A stretch of DNA of 63,947 nt, the filler included, from Octopus bimaculoides (Eukaryota): assembly GCF_001194135.2 (NCBI RefSeq). It is 6 parts of 6 records of this genome, joined end to end, with 100 filler letters (N's around TTAATTAATTAA, not from the genome) between each part and the next. Parts side by side here need not be neighbours in the genome. Positions count along the whole stretch, not along the records: positions 48,744 to 54,925 come from NC_068982.1; positions 55,026 to 59,294 come from NC_068987.1; positions 59,395 to 62,401 come from NC_068985.1; 3 more parts are not named here. The stretch is one strand, 5' to 3'. How positions within the stretch are numbered: position 1 is the first letter of the stretch; the number at the start of each line of letters is the position of its first letter. Position numbers and translations under genes: made by a program. Shown here piece after piece: positions 48,745 through 60,678 of the stretch. Below the pieces are notes generated by a model. That model did not search any database. It was not told the origin of the DNA and worked only from the letters and a program-made list of their open reading frames with translations.

Positions 48745-49458
48745 TGATGGGTGGGTGCTCCCCTGCCCCATCACTTTTTTCCGAACGAAAATAAGGGATT
48801 TGCAGCATATTGGGAGGTCAGGGTACTTGATTCCACGCAAGAAAAATCCGATTTTTATTTTTCTACCTTAGTAAAACTCGTGCGGGTGAAAAGTTTAATG
48901 AGGATGGGGGGTGAAGCTTCCGAGGCTTCCACCTCACTCACCCCATTTTTCAGACCCCAAACAGGGTCTTGTAACATATTACGTTACAGGAATTCATTCA
49001 ACAAAAAGAAAATTCCAATGATTCTGGGCTGGGGGCCTCGTCCAATCCCGCTTTTTTCCGAACCAAAATAAGAGATTTGCCGCATATTGGGAGTTCAAGG
49101 TACTTGATCACACGCAAAAGATCGTATATTTTTTTTTCTCAGTGAAAATCATGAGGGTGTTAATGTAAAATTTACCCTTTGTTTTTCTTTTCCGCCATTG
49201 CTAGACATAGGACTTAACTCCTGTTAGAAAACTTACAGATTTCACTGACGTGGAAATTGGTAAAAGTTATGGTTGAAAATAGGTTTTCACCACTATCCAT
49301 GGGTACCTCAGAGAAAATAAGTTGACAAAAATACAGCCATGGACGTGACCAATGTCCTCCTAAAATTGGAGCGACATGCATGCTAAATTGTGGACGTGCA
49401 TAAATTATATTCACGTACACATACATACACAACACATCCTGTCCTTAATAGATATAGA
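48745..49458 (-). mobile_element. Non-autonomous Helentron/HINE-like element with an internal direct repeat of about 73 bp
   Basis: The right end is atcctgtccttaatagatatagat (reverse complement ATCTATATCTATTAAGG), preceded by a short cacatacatacac tract. The direct repeats are 48775-48848 and 49052-49122. The family call rests on recalled terminal patterns. Confidence 0.4.
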
Positions 49459-49900
49459 TTTCTACTTTTTCTTTATCAACTTCATTTAAAGCAAGTTGCC
49501 GGAAAAATAAAATTCTGAAATCATTCATTTTTCTATTAAAATAAAAGCCTAAAGAAGCCGTTTCTTATTTTCGTTAGCTATGTGTTTCAGTTAACCCTAT
49601 TTTCCACTCTTATCACAAAATCAATTGCTGTATTTTGATTATTTATTCTCAATGTGGGATTACCAAACATATTTCTATTTCATTCCTTGTAGATATGAAT
49701 TTTTTTTTTTTCTGTGAGTATGCAGGTGAGTGCACTTATGCACACAATAAGATATACATATTTATATAGTCAAAGAGACGAGGCGAAAGAGATAGTGCTA
49801 CAAATATACGCAAATATGTTTACATTCAATTAATAGAGCTTATTTATAAAACACACATTTTTGAAGTACAAATACACATGCATCCATGCATATAGAAATT

Positions 49901-49930
49901 AGATAGATAGATAGATAGATAGATAGATAT

Positions 49931-49969
<39 letters not shown>
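49901..49969. repeat. (GATA)n tetranucleotide microsatellite
   Basis: Read directly from the sequence. Confidence 0.95.
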
Positions 49970-50994
49970 TATGAGGACTATTTTTAGATACACAAAGACA
50001 CATGCACACACACATTTGTTTCTCCAATGTCCCTTATAATGTACATATATGTGCATACAAGCATTTAATTATATTCCTATGCTTGTTTGAATATGTATAT
50101 TTCAAAGGATATGAGGTTTCTCCAAAGGCTAAAATTTATAACAAAAATATATAAGCATAATCATATTGCTACGTTTTATATTGTAACTATGACTGAATCT
50201 TCCAATTGAGAACTATATACTTTCGATAGATCATTCCCATATTACTTTCTTGATCCGAAATGCCTTCTGGAAATTTTTCTTTGAATTCATACGCGTTTCT
50301 CGAGTCGATTTTTCTTCGATTTCTTGTATTGTGAGAAATCGGTGGCCTACTAAGTTAGATTTAATATTTCAATATAGTGAAATATCCGCAGGAGTTTAAT
50401 CGGAGACTGCGGGAAGAGACTTGCTTTGTGATTCAGCGAAATGTCACAGATAAGAGGTGACGCGTGAGCTGTACGTTGTAGTAGCGAAGCAACGAGGCTT
50501 TTCTTGCCTATACGTCAGATCGCCCACTTTGTACTGCCTATCATACGCCTCAGAACTTCTAAGTAAATTTCTTGTATGCTAGTATGACCACTAGTAAGTA
50601 CATCATGATGGACAAATCACTTTAATTAAGAAAAACAATCAAATTTACTTTCATATTTGAAAGACACTGTGACGTATTTAATGATCAAACATAATGATCC
50701 ATCCTACTGTAACAAGTATGATGAGCTGCTTCGTTGTCACCCATGTGTAAGAGTACAGTTTTCTTTTGTGCATACATTTTGGTACACAACAACACACGCA
50801 CGCATCTAAATACTTGCAGGCGTGTGTAGATATAAATTCTGATATGTATGTATAGAAACTTACACACATCACATACGCACAGACATACATACAAATAAAT
50901 ACACATATGCATATGTGTGTGTATGTGTGTGTGTGCATGTGTGCGTGTATGCGTTTAACGTTGACTGTCTGAAGAAATTGTACTGCATACCATA

Positions 50995-51424
50995 CTCTTT
51001 ACTCTCTTTTACTCTTTTACTTGTTTCAGTCATTTGACTGTGGCCATGCTGGTGCACCGCCTTTAGTCGAGTAAATCGACCCCAGGACTTGTTCTTTGGA
51101 AGCCTAGTACTTATTCTATAGGTCTCTGTTGCCGAACCGCTAAGTTACGGGGACGTAAACACACCACCATCGGTTGTCAAGCGACGGTGGGGGGACAAAT
51201 ACAGACACACAAATACACACATATATATATATATATACAGTCTGTTAAAGTCTGTCATACCGGCCATGATGAAATACTACAAAGTATAGAAAATATGAAA
51301 TACCACAAGGAATATAAATAAAACATAAAAAACAGACAGTGTTGGAACTCTTTTAAACAAAATAATATATTCTTCTATACACAATCATATAAAAAAAGAC
51401 CCTTTTTTTGTATTTATTTTTACT

Positions 51425-51480
<56 letters not shown>

Positions 51481-51648
51481 TACGACGGGCTTCTTTCAGT
51501 TTCCGTCTACCAAATCCACTCACACGGCTTTGGTCGGACCGAGGCTATAGTAGAAGACACTTGCCCAAGGTGCCACGCAGTGGGACTGAACCCGGAACCA
51601 TGTGGTTGGTAAGCAAGCTACTTACCAAACAGACACTCCTACGCCTGC
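50995..51648 (-). mobile_element. tRNA-derived SINE family 1, complete copy with an expanded internal (TA)n segment
   Basis: The tail half (50995-51230) and head half (51480-51645) match 39860-40258. Confidence 0.85.
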
Positions 51649-51949
51649 CATAGTAGAGATTAATAATATTAATATTTTAACGTTGATTCGAAATACTATA
51701 TATATTCTTTTTAGTCTTTAATAATTGACTATCTGAGGGTCGCAGACATGCAAGGCCGCCACTTAACTTTGATGGGTGAGGAATTTGATGGCACTCCCCT
51801 TAGTCTCCCTCAAAGCTTGTACATTTGGATTCGCATATAAAGTGGTTTGTAAATTATTTACTAAGGAAAGTATCATCACGCACCACATTCGATTGATAGT
51901 GATGGTTGCTAGGAAGAACACGAATAGTGATTGGTGGAGAAAGAATCTA

Positions 51950-52529
51950 ACCCGTCAATACAAGTTCCTCAGTTTTCTTCATAGTTGAAATGTATATTCA
52001 TAGTATATAAGTACGCACTTCATATGGTCATTAAATGCTTTTATTTAAAGATGGTAGAAAGCGATTTCAGGAATATTTCGCAGCTTTTGTAGTGCAAGGA
52101 AGTTGGTGATTATATTGTTTGGACATTTAAACGCAAAAATGCATCATACGAAATGGGGTTTCTCAACTAGGGTCCGATTTAGAGTGTCATGTGTTTTGAG
52201 GAGGGTGTATCCACGATTTTACAAGAGAGCTGATGTATTCCACTAATTTAAATGGAAATATAGCTACCAAGTTGCACTATCCAAGAGAGTATTATGGATT
52301 CGCTGATTGTCGTTATACAATTAGAGCGATGATGGGTAACCGAGTTCTTAATGTTAATGGGGAAATTACTTCTGTTTTGTTTGTGGTTAGATTTCTTTGC
52401 TTGTACAATAAGGGAACATATGTTAATGAACCGTTGAGTGCAACGTTTGATACGGGCCATGATCACGTGCAAAATATTGAGGTATCATTTACCCAACAAT
52501 TATTTTGCTCCGCTTACAATTTAACATAA
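51950..52529 (+). pseudogene. Decayed CUB-domain-like coding remnant (possibly two tandem CUBs)
   Basis: It reads GC...GNIATKLHYPREYYGFADCRYTIRAMMGNRV, matching CUB G-x-I-x-S-P-x-YP-x8-C-x-W/Y-T-I-x-A-x-x-G-x-R-I/V with exact YP-to-C spacing. An upstream piece, GDYIVWTFKRKNASYEMGF, resembles a CUB C-terminus but is followed by stops. Confidence 0.4.
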
Positions 52530-53787
52530 TTTTTGTCATTACTTTATTGCTTCACGACGAAAGACTGGGAGAAAAAAACGCAGCAGCCCTAGCTTTCGTC
52601 AAAGAAATAATGTCAACAATATTACAGGAACAAATTGAACCCAGCGTGACAAACGTACGTGTTCGTGTGCTTTCATCATTACTCATTTTAAATTTGTCAC
52701 ATAGATTGGATAAAAAGCAATAAAAAGAAATATTTCCCAATTTTTTTTACCTTCTGCTATACTTTGATTTTTCGTTTTTTCACCTATTTCGCTTCCTTTC
52801 ATTCTCTATTCTATTTATTCTTTATTTATCAATTGAAAAATATTGAGACGCTTCGTGTAAATCTGAATTCTTTTCTGTTTAGTTTTATATGATATAATTC
52901 TAATACACAGAGAGACATATAAATAACAGACACATACACACATGTGCACACGCATGCGCGGGGATACACACACACCCACACGTGTGTGTATGTGTGTGTG
53001 TTGGTTTATCTTACTCTTTCATTGTTTCAACAATGTATCACGTATATTAAGAAAAATAAAACTAACATCTACATTACAACTTGGGAGTTCAGATATATTA
53101 GTTACACCGTTATTTTCTCATATAAAATATCTAACAAAATACTAGAACAAGCTACAATATGTATTGCATACAATATCAGTGTCACAACTCAGCTTTATAT
53201 CCATTGATTGTTGTATGCAGATGTAAAAGGGGTAACATAATAAATTTCTTCCATGTCGAAATTGTAGAGTTCAAATCGACAAATGCCAAAAAATGGAACA
53301 GCCTATGTTGTAATATATATTTATGTTTTATATTATGACAATAAAATAAATTGAATATCACATAATGGGTACAGTGGCATCGACCAACCTGTCCCCTAAG
53401 AGCTGATCGTTTTTGAAGTCCTTATATGACTGGAGAAGACCTATGTAAAATTTCGTGTAGCAGATTCTTAACTTTTCTATAAAATGTTTTGGTTTTCTTT
53501 GTTCATTACACACANNNNNNNNNNNNNNNNNNNNNNNNNNNNNNNNNNNNNNNNNNNNNNNNNNNNNNNNNNNNNNNNNNNNNNNNNNNNNNNNNNNNNN
53601 NNNNNNNNNNNNNNNNNNNNNNNNNNNNNNNNNNNNNNNNNNNNNNNNNNNNNNNNNNNNNNNNNNNNNNNNNNNNNNNNNNNNNNNNNNNNNNNNNNNN
53701 NNNNNNNNNNNNACATACATACGTACACACAACTAATAAAAAAGTGTTCATTCCCCATTACATTTGATATATGTAAATATGTATATA

Positions 53788-54915
53788 CTGGGGTTGGGCA
53801 AACTGATGGAAACACCATAAAATTTCAAACAAGTTTATTTTAATATGGGGTACGAACGCCTTTGGCAGTAATTACACCTTGAATTCTACGAGGTATAGAC
53901 CCGTACAAAGTTTGAATTGTTTCCGAAGGAATTTTTGTTCATTCTTCTTCTTCTGGTGATGATGGTGGAGGATATCGACTCCTTACTTGTTTTTCTAACA
54001 TGCACCATAAATGTTCAATAATATTGAAATCTGGTGACTGTGGTGACCCGATAAGATGTTCAACTTCACTACAATGTTCCTCGTTCCATTGAGTAACAAC
54101 TTTAGCTGTATGAATTGGTGCATTATCATCCTGAAAGATTGCGTTTCTTTCCGGAAACAGTTCCGCAAACATAGGAGGAATTTGATCATATAAAAAGTTG
54201 AAAGAAGGCAGTCTAGCTAAGCTGTTTCTTTTGGTTAGCTCCACACGTATAGTCGGCCGGTGTTCCGAAATAAGGTAAAAATGATTCGTCCGTGGAAATA
54301 AGATTCTTCCACTGCTCTAGGGACCAATTCTGTAAGTTTTTTACTCCACTCTACACGTTTTGCAATGCTTGTTTTTGAAAGTTGTGGTTTTGTGATTGCA
54401 GCCCTCCCGTGGAATCCGGATTTGTGCAGCTCCCGACGAACAGTTGTTGTGGAAACTGGGTTCTCGAGGTGGTCATTAATTTCTGCGGTAATTTTGGGAG
54501 CTGTACTTTTGTGACCCTTTCTAACAATTCGCCTAAGATTACGACTATTCCTATCTGAAAGTCCTGGATTTCTTCCGGAGTTTTCCTTTTTCTCAAAGGC
54601 AGTCATTACTTTCGAGACAGTACTTCTTGATACACCAAACATTTCGGCTGTTTTCATTATGCTAGCGCCTGCCATAGGGGCACCATCATTTTGATTTCTT
54701 TCAAAGACGGATAAATCTGCTATTTTAATGAATTTTAATTACATCTTTCTGATGATACCTGAAACGAAACAGCAATTTTAGGAAAATGTATTACGCAACA
54801 CTAATAATAAATTTTTAAAAAACATAAAAATAAACAAGTTTTTGACGGTTTTATAGATATTTCAAGATTATGATGTTATGATGCTAGGTGTTTACATTAT
54901 TTTGTTCAACTCCTT
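53788..54915 (-). mobile_element. Tc1-family (DD34E) transposon, degenerate, both TIRs present
   Basis: TIRs are CTGGGGTTGGGCAAACTGATGGAAACACC and, reverse-complemented, AAGGAGTTGAACAAAATAATGTAAACACC, with TA flanks. Transposase pieces are GVSRSTVSKV, TVRRELHKSGFHGRAA, FQDDNAPIH and PQSPDFNIIEHLW. Confidence 0.9.
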
Positions 54916-55025
54916 TATATATATANNNNNNNNNNNNNNNNNNNNNNNNNNNNNNNNNNNNNNNNNNNNTTAATTAATTAANNNNNNNNNNNNNNNNNNN
55001 NNNNNNNNNNNNNNNNNNNNNNNNN

Positions 55026-55062
<37 letters not shown>

Positions 55063-55199
55063 AAGAGATGCCAACAGAGGTAAAGAAAGAAACATATAAT
55101 GCTAGAGACAGAGAGACAGAGATGTAGAAGAAGAGAGAAACAGAAGAGAGAGACGGAGATGGAAAAAGAGAGAAAGGGAGGGAAGTTATAGATATATAC

Positions 55200-55233
<34 letters not shown>

Positions 55234-55550
55234 TGAGAGAGAGAAAAGGGTGAGACGGACAGACATAGAAAAAGGGATAAACAAACAGATAGAGGAGGTA
55301 GGGGAGAGAAAGAGAGACATAATGGAAGAGAAAGAGAAAGATAGTGAAAGTAAGGGAGAGAAAGAGAGGGAGAGAGAGAAAAAGGGTGAGACAGAGAGAC
55401 ATAGAAAAAGAAACAGATGCAGGAGATAGGGGGAGAGAGAGAAACATAATAGAAAAGAAAGAGAGAAAGTGAAAGTAGAAGAGAGATAGTGAAAGTAGAA
55501 GAGAGATAGTGAAAGTAGAAGAGAGAAAGAGAGAGAGAGAGGGAGAGAAA
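55026..55550. repeat. Degenerate (GA)-rich low-complexity tract
   Basis: Read directly. It includes tandem GTGAAAGTAGAAGAGAGATA units at about 55470-55525. Confidence 0.9.
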
Positions 55551-55653
55551 GGCGGAGCGTTTACGGCAGAGTCAGCTGGCAATTGGATAAACTTAACAAT
55601 ATATTAGACAAAATAATACATCGGGTGTGCACGTGTATGTGTGTACGTACGTA

Positions 55654-55696
<43 letters not shown>

Positions 55697-55901
55697 AAGA
55701 GAGAGAGAGAGAGAAAGTGTGTGCGTGCTTGTGTGTGTGTGTGTCTGCACGCCTGTTCCATCCAGCGCCACTGAGCGAGCAAGAGGCAAGGCATTCTCTG
55801 TGCGTATGTATGTCTGTATGTGTGGGTGTTACAATACGCGTGCACGTGTCTGTGTATACGTAAGTGTGTGCGCGCGTGTGTGCATGAGTGTGTGTGAGTT
55901 T

Positions 55902-55942
<41 letters not shown>

Positions 55943-56928
55943 TGTGGTGCATAAACAATTTGCGTTGCGTTTTGATGTTGCGTGTTGTACAGCGACGGCA
56001 GAGGGCGTGTTTCGCGCTGGTCATACCTCTATTGNNNNNNNNNNNNNNNNNNNNNNNNNNNNNNNNNNNNNNNNNNNNNNNNNNNNNNNNNNNNNNNNNN
56101 NNNNNNNNNNNNNNNNNNNNNNNNNNNNNNNNNNNNNNNNNNNNNNNNNNNNNNNNNNNNNNNNNNNNNNNNNNNNNNNNNNNNNNNNNNNNNNNNNNNN
56201 NNNNNNNNNNNNNNNNNNNNNNNNNNNNNNNNNNNNNNNNNNNNNNNNNNNNNNNNNNNNNNNNNNNNNNNNNNNNNNNNNNNNNNNNNNNNNNNNNNNN
56301 NNNNNNNNNNNNNNNNNNNNNNNNNNNNNNNNNNNNNNNNNNNNNNNNNNNNNNNNNNNNNNNNNNNNNNNNNNNNNNNNNNNNNNNNNNNNNNNNNNNN
56401 NNNNNNNNNNNNNNNNNNNNNNNNNNNNNNNNNNNNNNNNNNNNNNNNNNNNNNNNNNNNNNNNNNNNNNNNNNNNNNNNNNNNNNNNNNNNNNNNNNNN
56501 NNNNNNNNNNNNNNNNNNNNNNNNNNNNNNNNNNNNNNNNNNNNNNNNNNNNNNNNNNNNNNNNNNNNNNNNNNNNNNNNNNNNNNNNNNNNNNNNNNNN
56601 NNNNNNNNNNNNNNNNNNNNNNNNNNNNNNNNNNNNNNNNNNNNNNNNNNNNNNNNNNNNNNNNNNNNNNNNNNNNNNNNNNNNNNNNNNNNNNNNNNNN
56701 NNNNNNNNNNNNNNNNNNNNNNNNNNNNNNNNNNNNNNNNNNNNNNNNNNNNNNNNNNNNNNNNNNNNNNNNNNNNNNNNNNNNNNNNNNNNNNNNNNNN
56801 NNNNNNNNNNNNNNNNNNNNNNNNNNNNNNNNNNNNNNNNNNNNNNNNNNNNNNNNNNNNNNNNNNNNNNNNNNNNNNNNNNNNNNNNNNNNNNNNNNNN
56901 NNNNNNNNNNNNNNNNNNNNNNNNNNNN

Positions 56929-56979
<51 letters not shown>

Positions 56980-57155
56980 GCTTAATTGATTATTTGCATT
57001 ACTGCCATTTTCAATATCATAGCCTTCCCCGTTGTCGTCGTCGGCCTCATCCCCCTCAGCATCATCATGTTTCTCCACCTCCTCCTTTTACTTTCTTCCC
57101 CCTCCACTCGCCAATACCCTCATCATTATTTGTTATTATTATTATTATTATTATG

Positions 57156-57200
<45 letters not shown>

Positions 57201-57898
57201 GTCATTGTTATTGCAATTAACTTTGATTTCGTTCATTCGTTCGTTCGTTTGTTAGTCTGTTGTCGTTGGATATTTGTTTTTTTTTTTTGTCGTTTTCTTT
57301 TTTGTTTTATTTTGTTTTTGTTTGCTGCTGCTACTGCCGCCGCTTCTACTGCTGCTGCTGTTACGCTTGTTGTTGTTACTTCACATTTCTGTTCTGNNNN
57401 NNNNNNNNNNNNNNNNNNNNNNNNNNNNNNNNNNNNNNNNNNNNNNNNNNNNNNNNNNNNNNNNNNNNNNNNNNNNNNNNNNNNNNNNNNNNNNNNNNNN
57501 NNNNNNNNNNNNNNNNNNNNNNNNNNNNNNNNNNNNNNNNNNNNNNNNNNNNNNNNNNNNNNNNNNNNNNNNNNNNNNNNNNNNNNNNNNNNNNNNNNNN
57601 NNNNNNNNNNNNNNNNNNNNNNNNNNNNNNNNNNNNNNNNNNNNNNNNNNNNNNNNNNNNNNNNNNNNNNNNNNNNNNNNNNNNNNNNNNNNNNNNNNNN
57701 NNNNNNNNNNNNNNNNNNNNNNNNNNNNNNNNNNNNNNNNNNNNNNNNNNNNNNNNNNNNNNNNNNNNNNNNNNNNNNNNNNNNNNNNNNNNNNNNNNNN
57801 NNNNNNNNNNNNNNNNNNNNNNNNNNNNNNNNNNNNNNNNNNNNNNNNNNNNNNNNNNNNNNNNNNNNNNNNNNNNNNNNNNNNNNNNNNNNNNNNNN

Positions 57899-57934
<36 letters not shown>

Positions 57935-57974
57935 GTTATTGTTGTTGTTGTTGTTGTTGTTGTTGTTATTATTA

Positions 57975-58206
57975 ATTGGCAGAATCGTTAGCGCACGGGT
58001 TCAAATGCTTGGCGGCATTTTATCCGTCTTTACGTTCTGAGTTCAAATTCCGCCGACGTCGACTTTGTCTTTCATGCTATGCTTTCGGGGGGGGGGGCGA
58101 TGAATTAAGTACCAGTTGAGTACTAGGGTCCATGCAATCCGACTTAGCCCCTCTCCCAAAATTTCAGGCCTTGTGCCGATAGTAGAAAGGATTATTATCA
58201 TCATCA

Positions 58207-58259
<53 letters not shown>

Positions 58260-58311
58260 GTTATTATTGTAAATTATTATTATTATTATTATTATTGTTG
58301 TTGCTGTTATA

Positions 58312-58377
<66 letters not shown>

Positions 58378-58930
58378 ATGTTTATTAATAGCAGCAGCAG
58401 CAGCATTTCGTTCATCATCACGTTCTAAGCTCAAATTCCACCGAGGTCGATTTTGCCCTTTATCTTTCGGGTTGATAAAATAAGTACCAGTTGAGCACTG
58501 GGGTCGATCTACTCGACTTACTGCTTCCCCCGAAACTGCTGGCATTGTGCCAAAATTTGAAATCATTATTATTATCATCATCATCATCAACACCACCACC
58601 ACTAGCATCATCGTAATGATCATTATTATTAAGACAGCAAGCTGACAGGATCTTTATCATGTCGGCCAAAATGCTTTGCCGCATTTCCTCCGGTTTGTGT
58701 TCAAATCCGGCCGAGGTTGACTTTGCCTCTCTGTACATTCGGAGTTGATATTGGTACAACCAATTCAGCACTGGGGTCCTTGTAATCTAGTACTCTAGTC
58801 CCAATTTGCTTAGCTGGTGCTAAAATTTGAAAAGCGGCCAGCTAGCAGAATCGTTAGGTTCTGAGGTCAAATTCCGGCGAGATCGACTTTGCCATTCATC
58901 TAATCGGCATCGGTAAAAGAAGTAGCAAGT
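57975..58930 (+). mobile_element. Tandem cluster of four SINE family 2 copies, mostly separated by (ATT)n-type tracts
   Basis: Copies lie at about 57975-58190, 58400-58562, 58630-58830 and 58835-58925. They share gttcaaattcc.ccgaggtcgactttgcc, most retain aagtaccagttgagcactggggtc, and the first has the A-box-like tggcagaatcgttag. Confidence 0.8.
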
Positions 58931-58959
58931 GACTTTTAACAATAATAATAATTTTTTTT

Positions 58960-59120
58960 TTACTCACATCGCTTTAATTGATTTTGTAAATGAACAATCT
59001 GGTGTGTTTATTTTAATGAACTTTCAATGTTATACAGTGAGCTTCCTTGCTCAATGTGTCGGGAAGACACTCGGTAAGAAATGGAAACAAAATTGAAAGA
59101 AAAAAAAACTAAAAATAATA
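58960..59120 (+). mobile_element. Solo Dong-F 3'UTR followed by (AAT)n
   Basis: The sequence gtaaatgaacaatctggtgtgtttatttt...gaagacactc.g.aagaaatggaaaca..attgaaaga is shared with 17340-17505 and 18710-18860. Confidence 0.65.
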
Positions 59121-59125
59121 ATAAC

Positions 59126-59181
<56 letters not shown>

Positions 59182-59182
<1 letters not shown>

Positions 59183-59294
59183 CCTTCCTACTACAAGCAC
59201 ACGGCCTGAAATTTTGGGGGGTTGGGGCTGGTGGTGGCGGTAGGGACTAGTCGATTACATCGGCCCCAGTGTTTCACTGGTACTTATTTCATCG
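59182..59294 (-). mobile_element. SINE family 2, 3' part
   Basis: Its reverse complement reads aagtaccagtgaaacactggggccgatgtaatcgact...agtaggaagg followed by (ATT)n. Confidence 0.75.
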
Positions 59295-59394
59295 NNNNNN
59301 NNNNNNNNNNNNNNNNNNNNNNNNNNNNNNNNNNNNNNTTAATTAATTAANNNNNNNNNNNNNNNNNNNNNNNNNNNNNNNNNNNNNNNNNNNN

Positions 59395-60133
59395 CTCCTC
59401 CAGTATTGTTCCGACCTCATCTACAGAATTCACATTCTTTCCGTCCTAATGATTTTGAAGATTGCAGAATAAATGATAATCAGATGAGGTAATGTCCGGC
59501 GAATATCATGGGTGAGACATCCTTTCCCTGCTTCAGCCTTTGGAATGTCATCCTCGCTGTACGTGACCAGCATTTCAAGAACACCTTTCGTCTTGAATGG
59601 AAGAACACCTTTCGTCTTGAAACGAAAGCTGGTCGTTTTTTCTTCTAGCGCTGGTGTCGATGAATGGTTGAATGACCAAATCCAAGCTTTTCTGCTAGTT
59701 CCTCAATAGTTACGATGGGATTTTGTTCCACCAAGGTTTGCAGAACGTCCTCGTCGAGCTCTACAGATCTTCCAGGACGAGGCTGGTCTTCTAGGCTGTA
59801 GTTTCCGGCTCGGAATTTCTGGAACCACCGTCGACACTGGCCTACACTTATTGTCCGATCTCCATATACTACATTAATAATCCTTGCACTTTCCGGTGCG
59901 TTGTTGTCCTTATTGAACTCATAAAGCTAAATATGCTTCTTTGTCACTTCCATTATAGCTTTGAAAATATAACTGTTAAAATCGAACTACACTCTTCAAA
60001 ACTTGCACTAAAAAAATGAAAGTAAAATTACTACCTGCTCTTATAGCAAGTTGATTGAGGTAGTTTATCCCGTTTCCCTCCAACTTTTAGTTCATGCAAT
60101 TGAAAAAACCGCATTATTTATGGGATGACCCAA
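59395..60133 (-). mobile_element. mariner 5' half with left TIR
   Basis: TA precedes TTGGGTCATCCCATAAATAATGCGG (reverse complement of 60109-60135). The N-terminus reads LYEFNK...VYGDRTISVGQCRRWFQKFRAGNYSLEDQPRPGRS. A 24-bp internal tandem duplication lies at about 59577-59625. Confidence 0.85.
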
Positions 60134-60511
60134 TATATAAATATGTATGTGTGTATAGACATATCTTTTCCATCTAAAAGTGTTCTTCATACCACCATAC
60201 GAAATATGTCTTATAAATTGCATCAGATTATATTTTGTGATTTCAAACATAGAATCAATTAGTTGTGCTTATATATTTAGTGTGATCGGTATGTCCTAAC
60301 TGCATTCTACAACCCAAGTTTAAGTGCAGACGGGAGAAAATATTCGTGACTAAATGAATCATTCTATATTTACAGCATAATTTATTGGTATTTATTTTGA
60401 GTAGGTGCTTGATGAATTTAAACATGCACACATTTCACCTAGTTGTTTTTTATGAAAATTTTATGTGATCTTTCTGTATACACACTATTACAAAAATAAT
60501 CATAACTCTTA

Positions 60512-60586
<75 letters not shown>

Positions 60587-60608
60587 ACATACATCTTTAT
60601 TTTATATG

Positions 60609-60678
<70 letters not shown>

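Noticed and set aside
50180-50620. Unique GC-richer stretch with a minus-strand acceptor (tctcttcccgcag)
   Set aside because: All three frames hit stops within about 60 nt, there is no convincing donor, and no protein motif is recognisable.
55719-58040. Very long ORFs in the track (for example 773 aa, 467 aa, 454 aa, 377 aa)
   Set aside because: They run through N gaps and microsatellites. Only 36995..38359 has real coding content, which is Dong.
57975-58930. Regularly spaced repeats resembling a CRISPR array
   Set aside because: The units are SINE copies of 100-200 bp separated by microsatellites in a eukaryotic context, with no cas genes.
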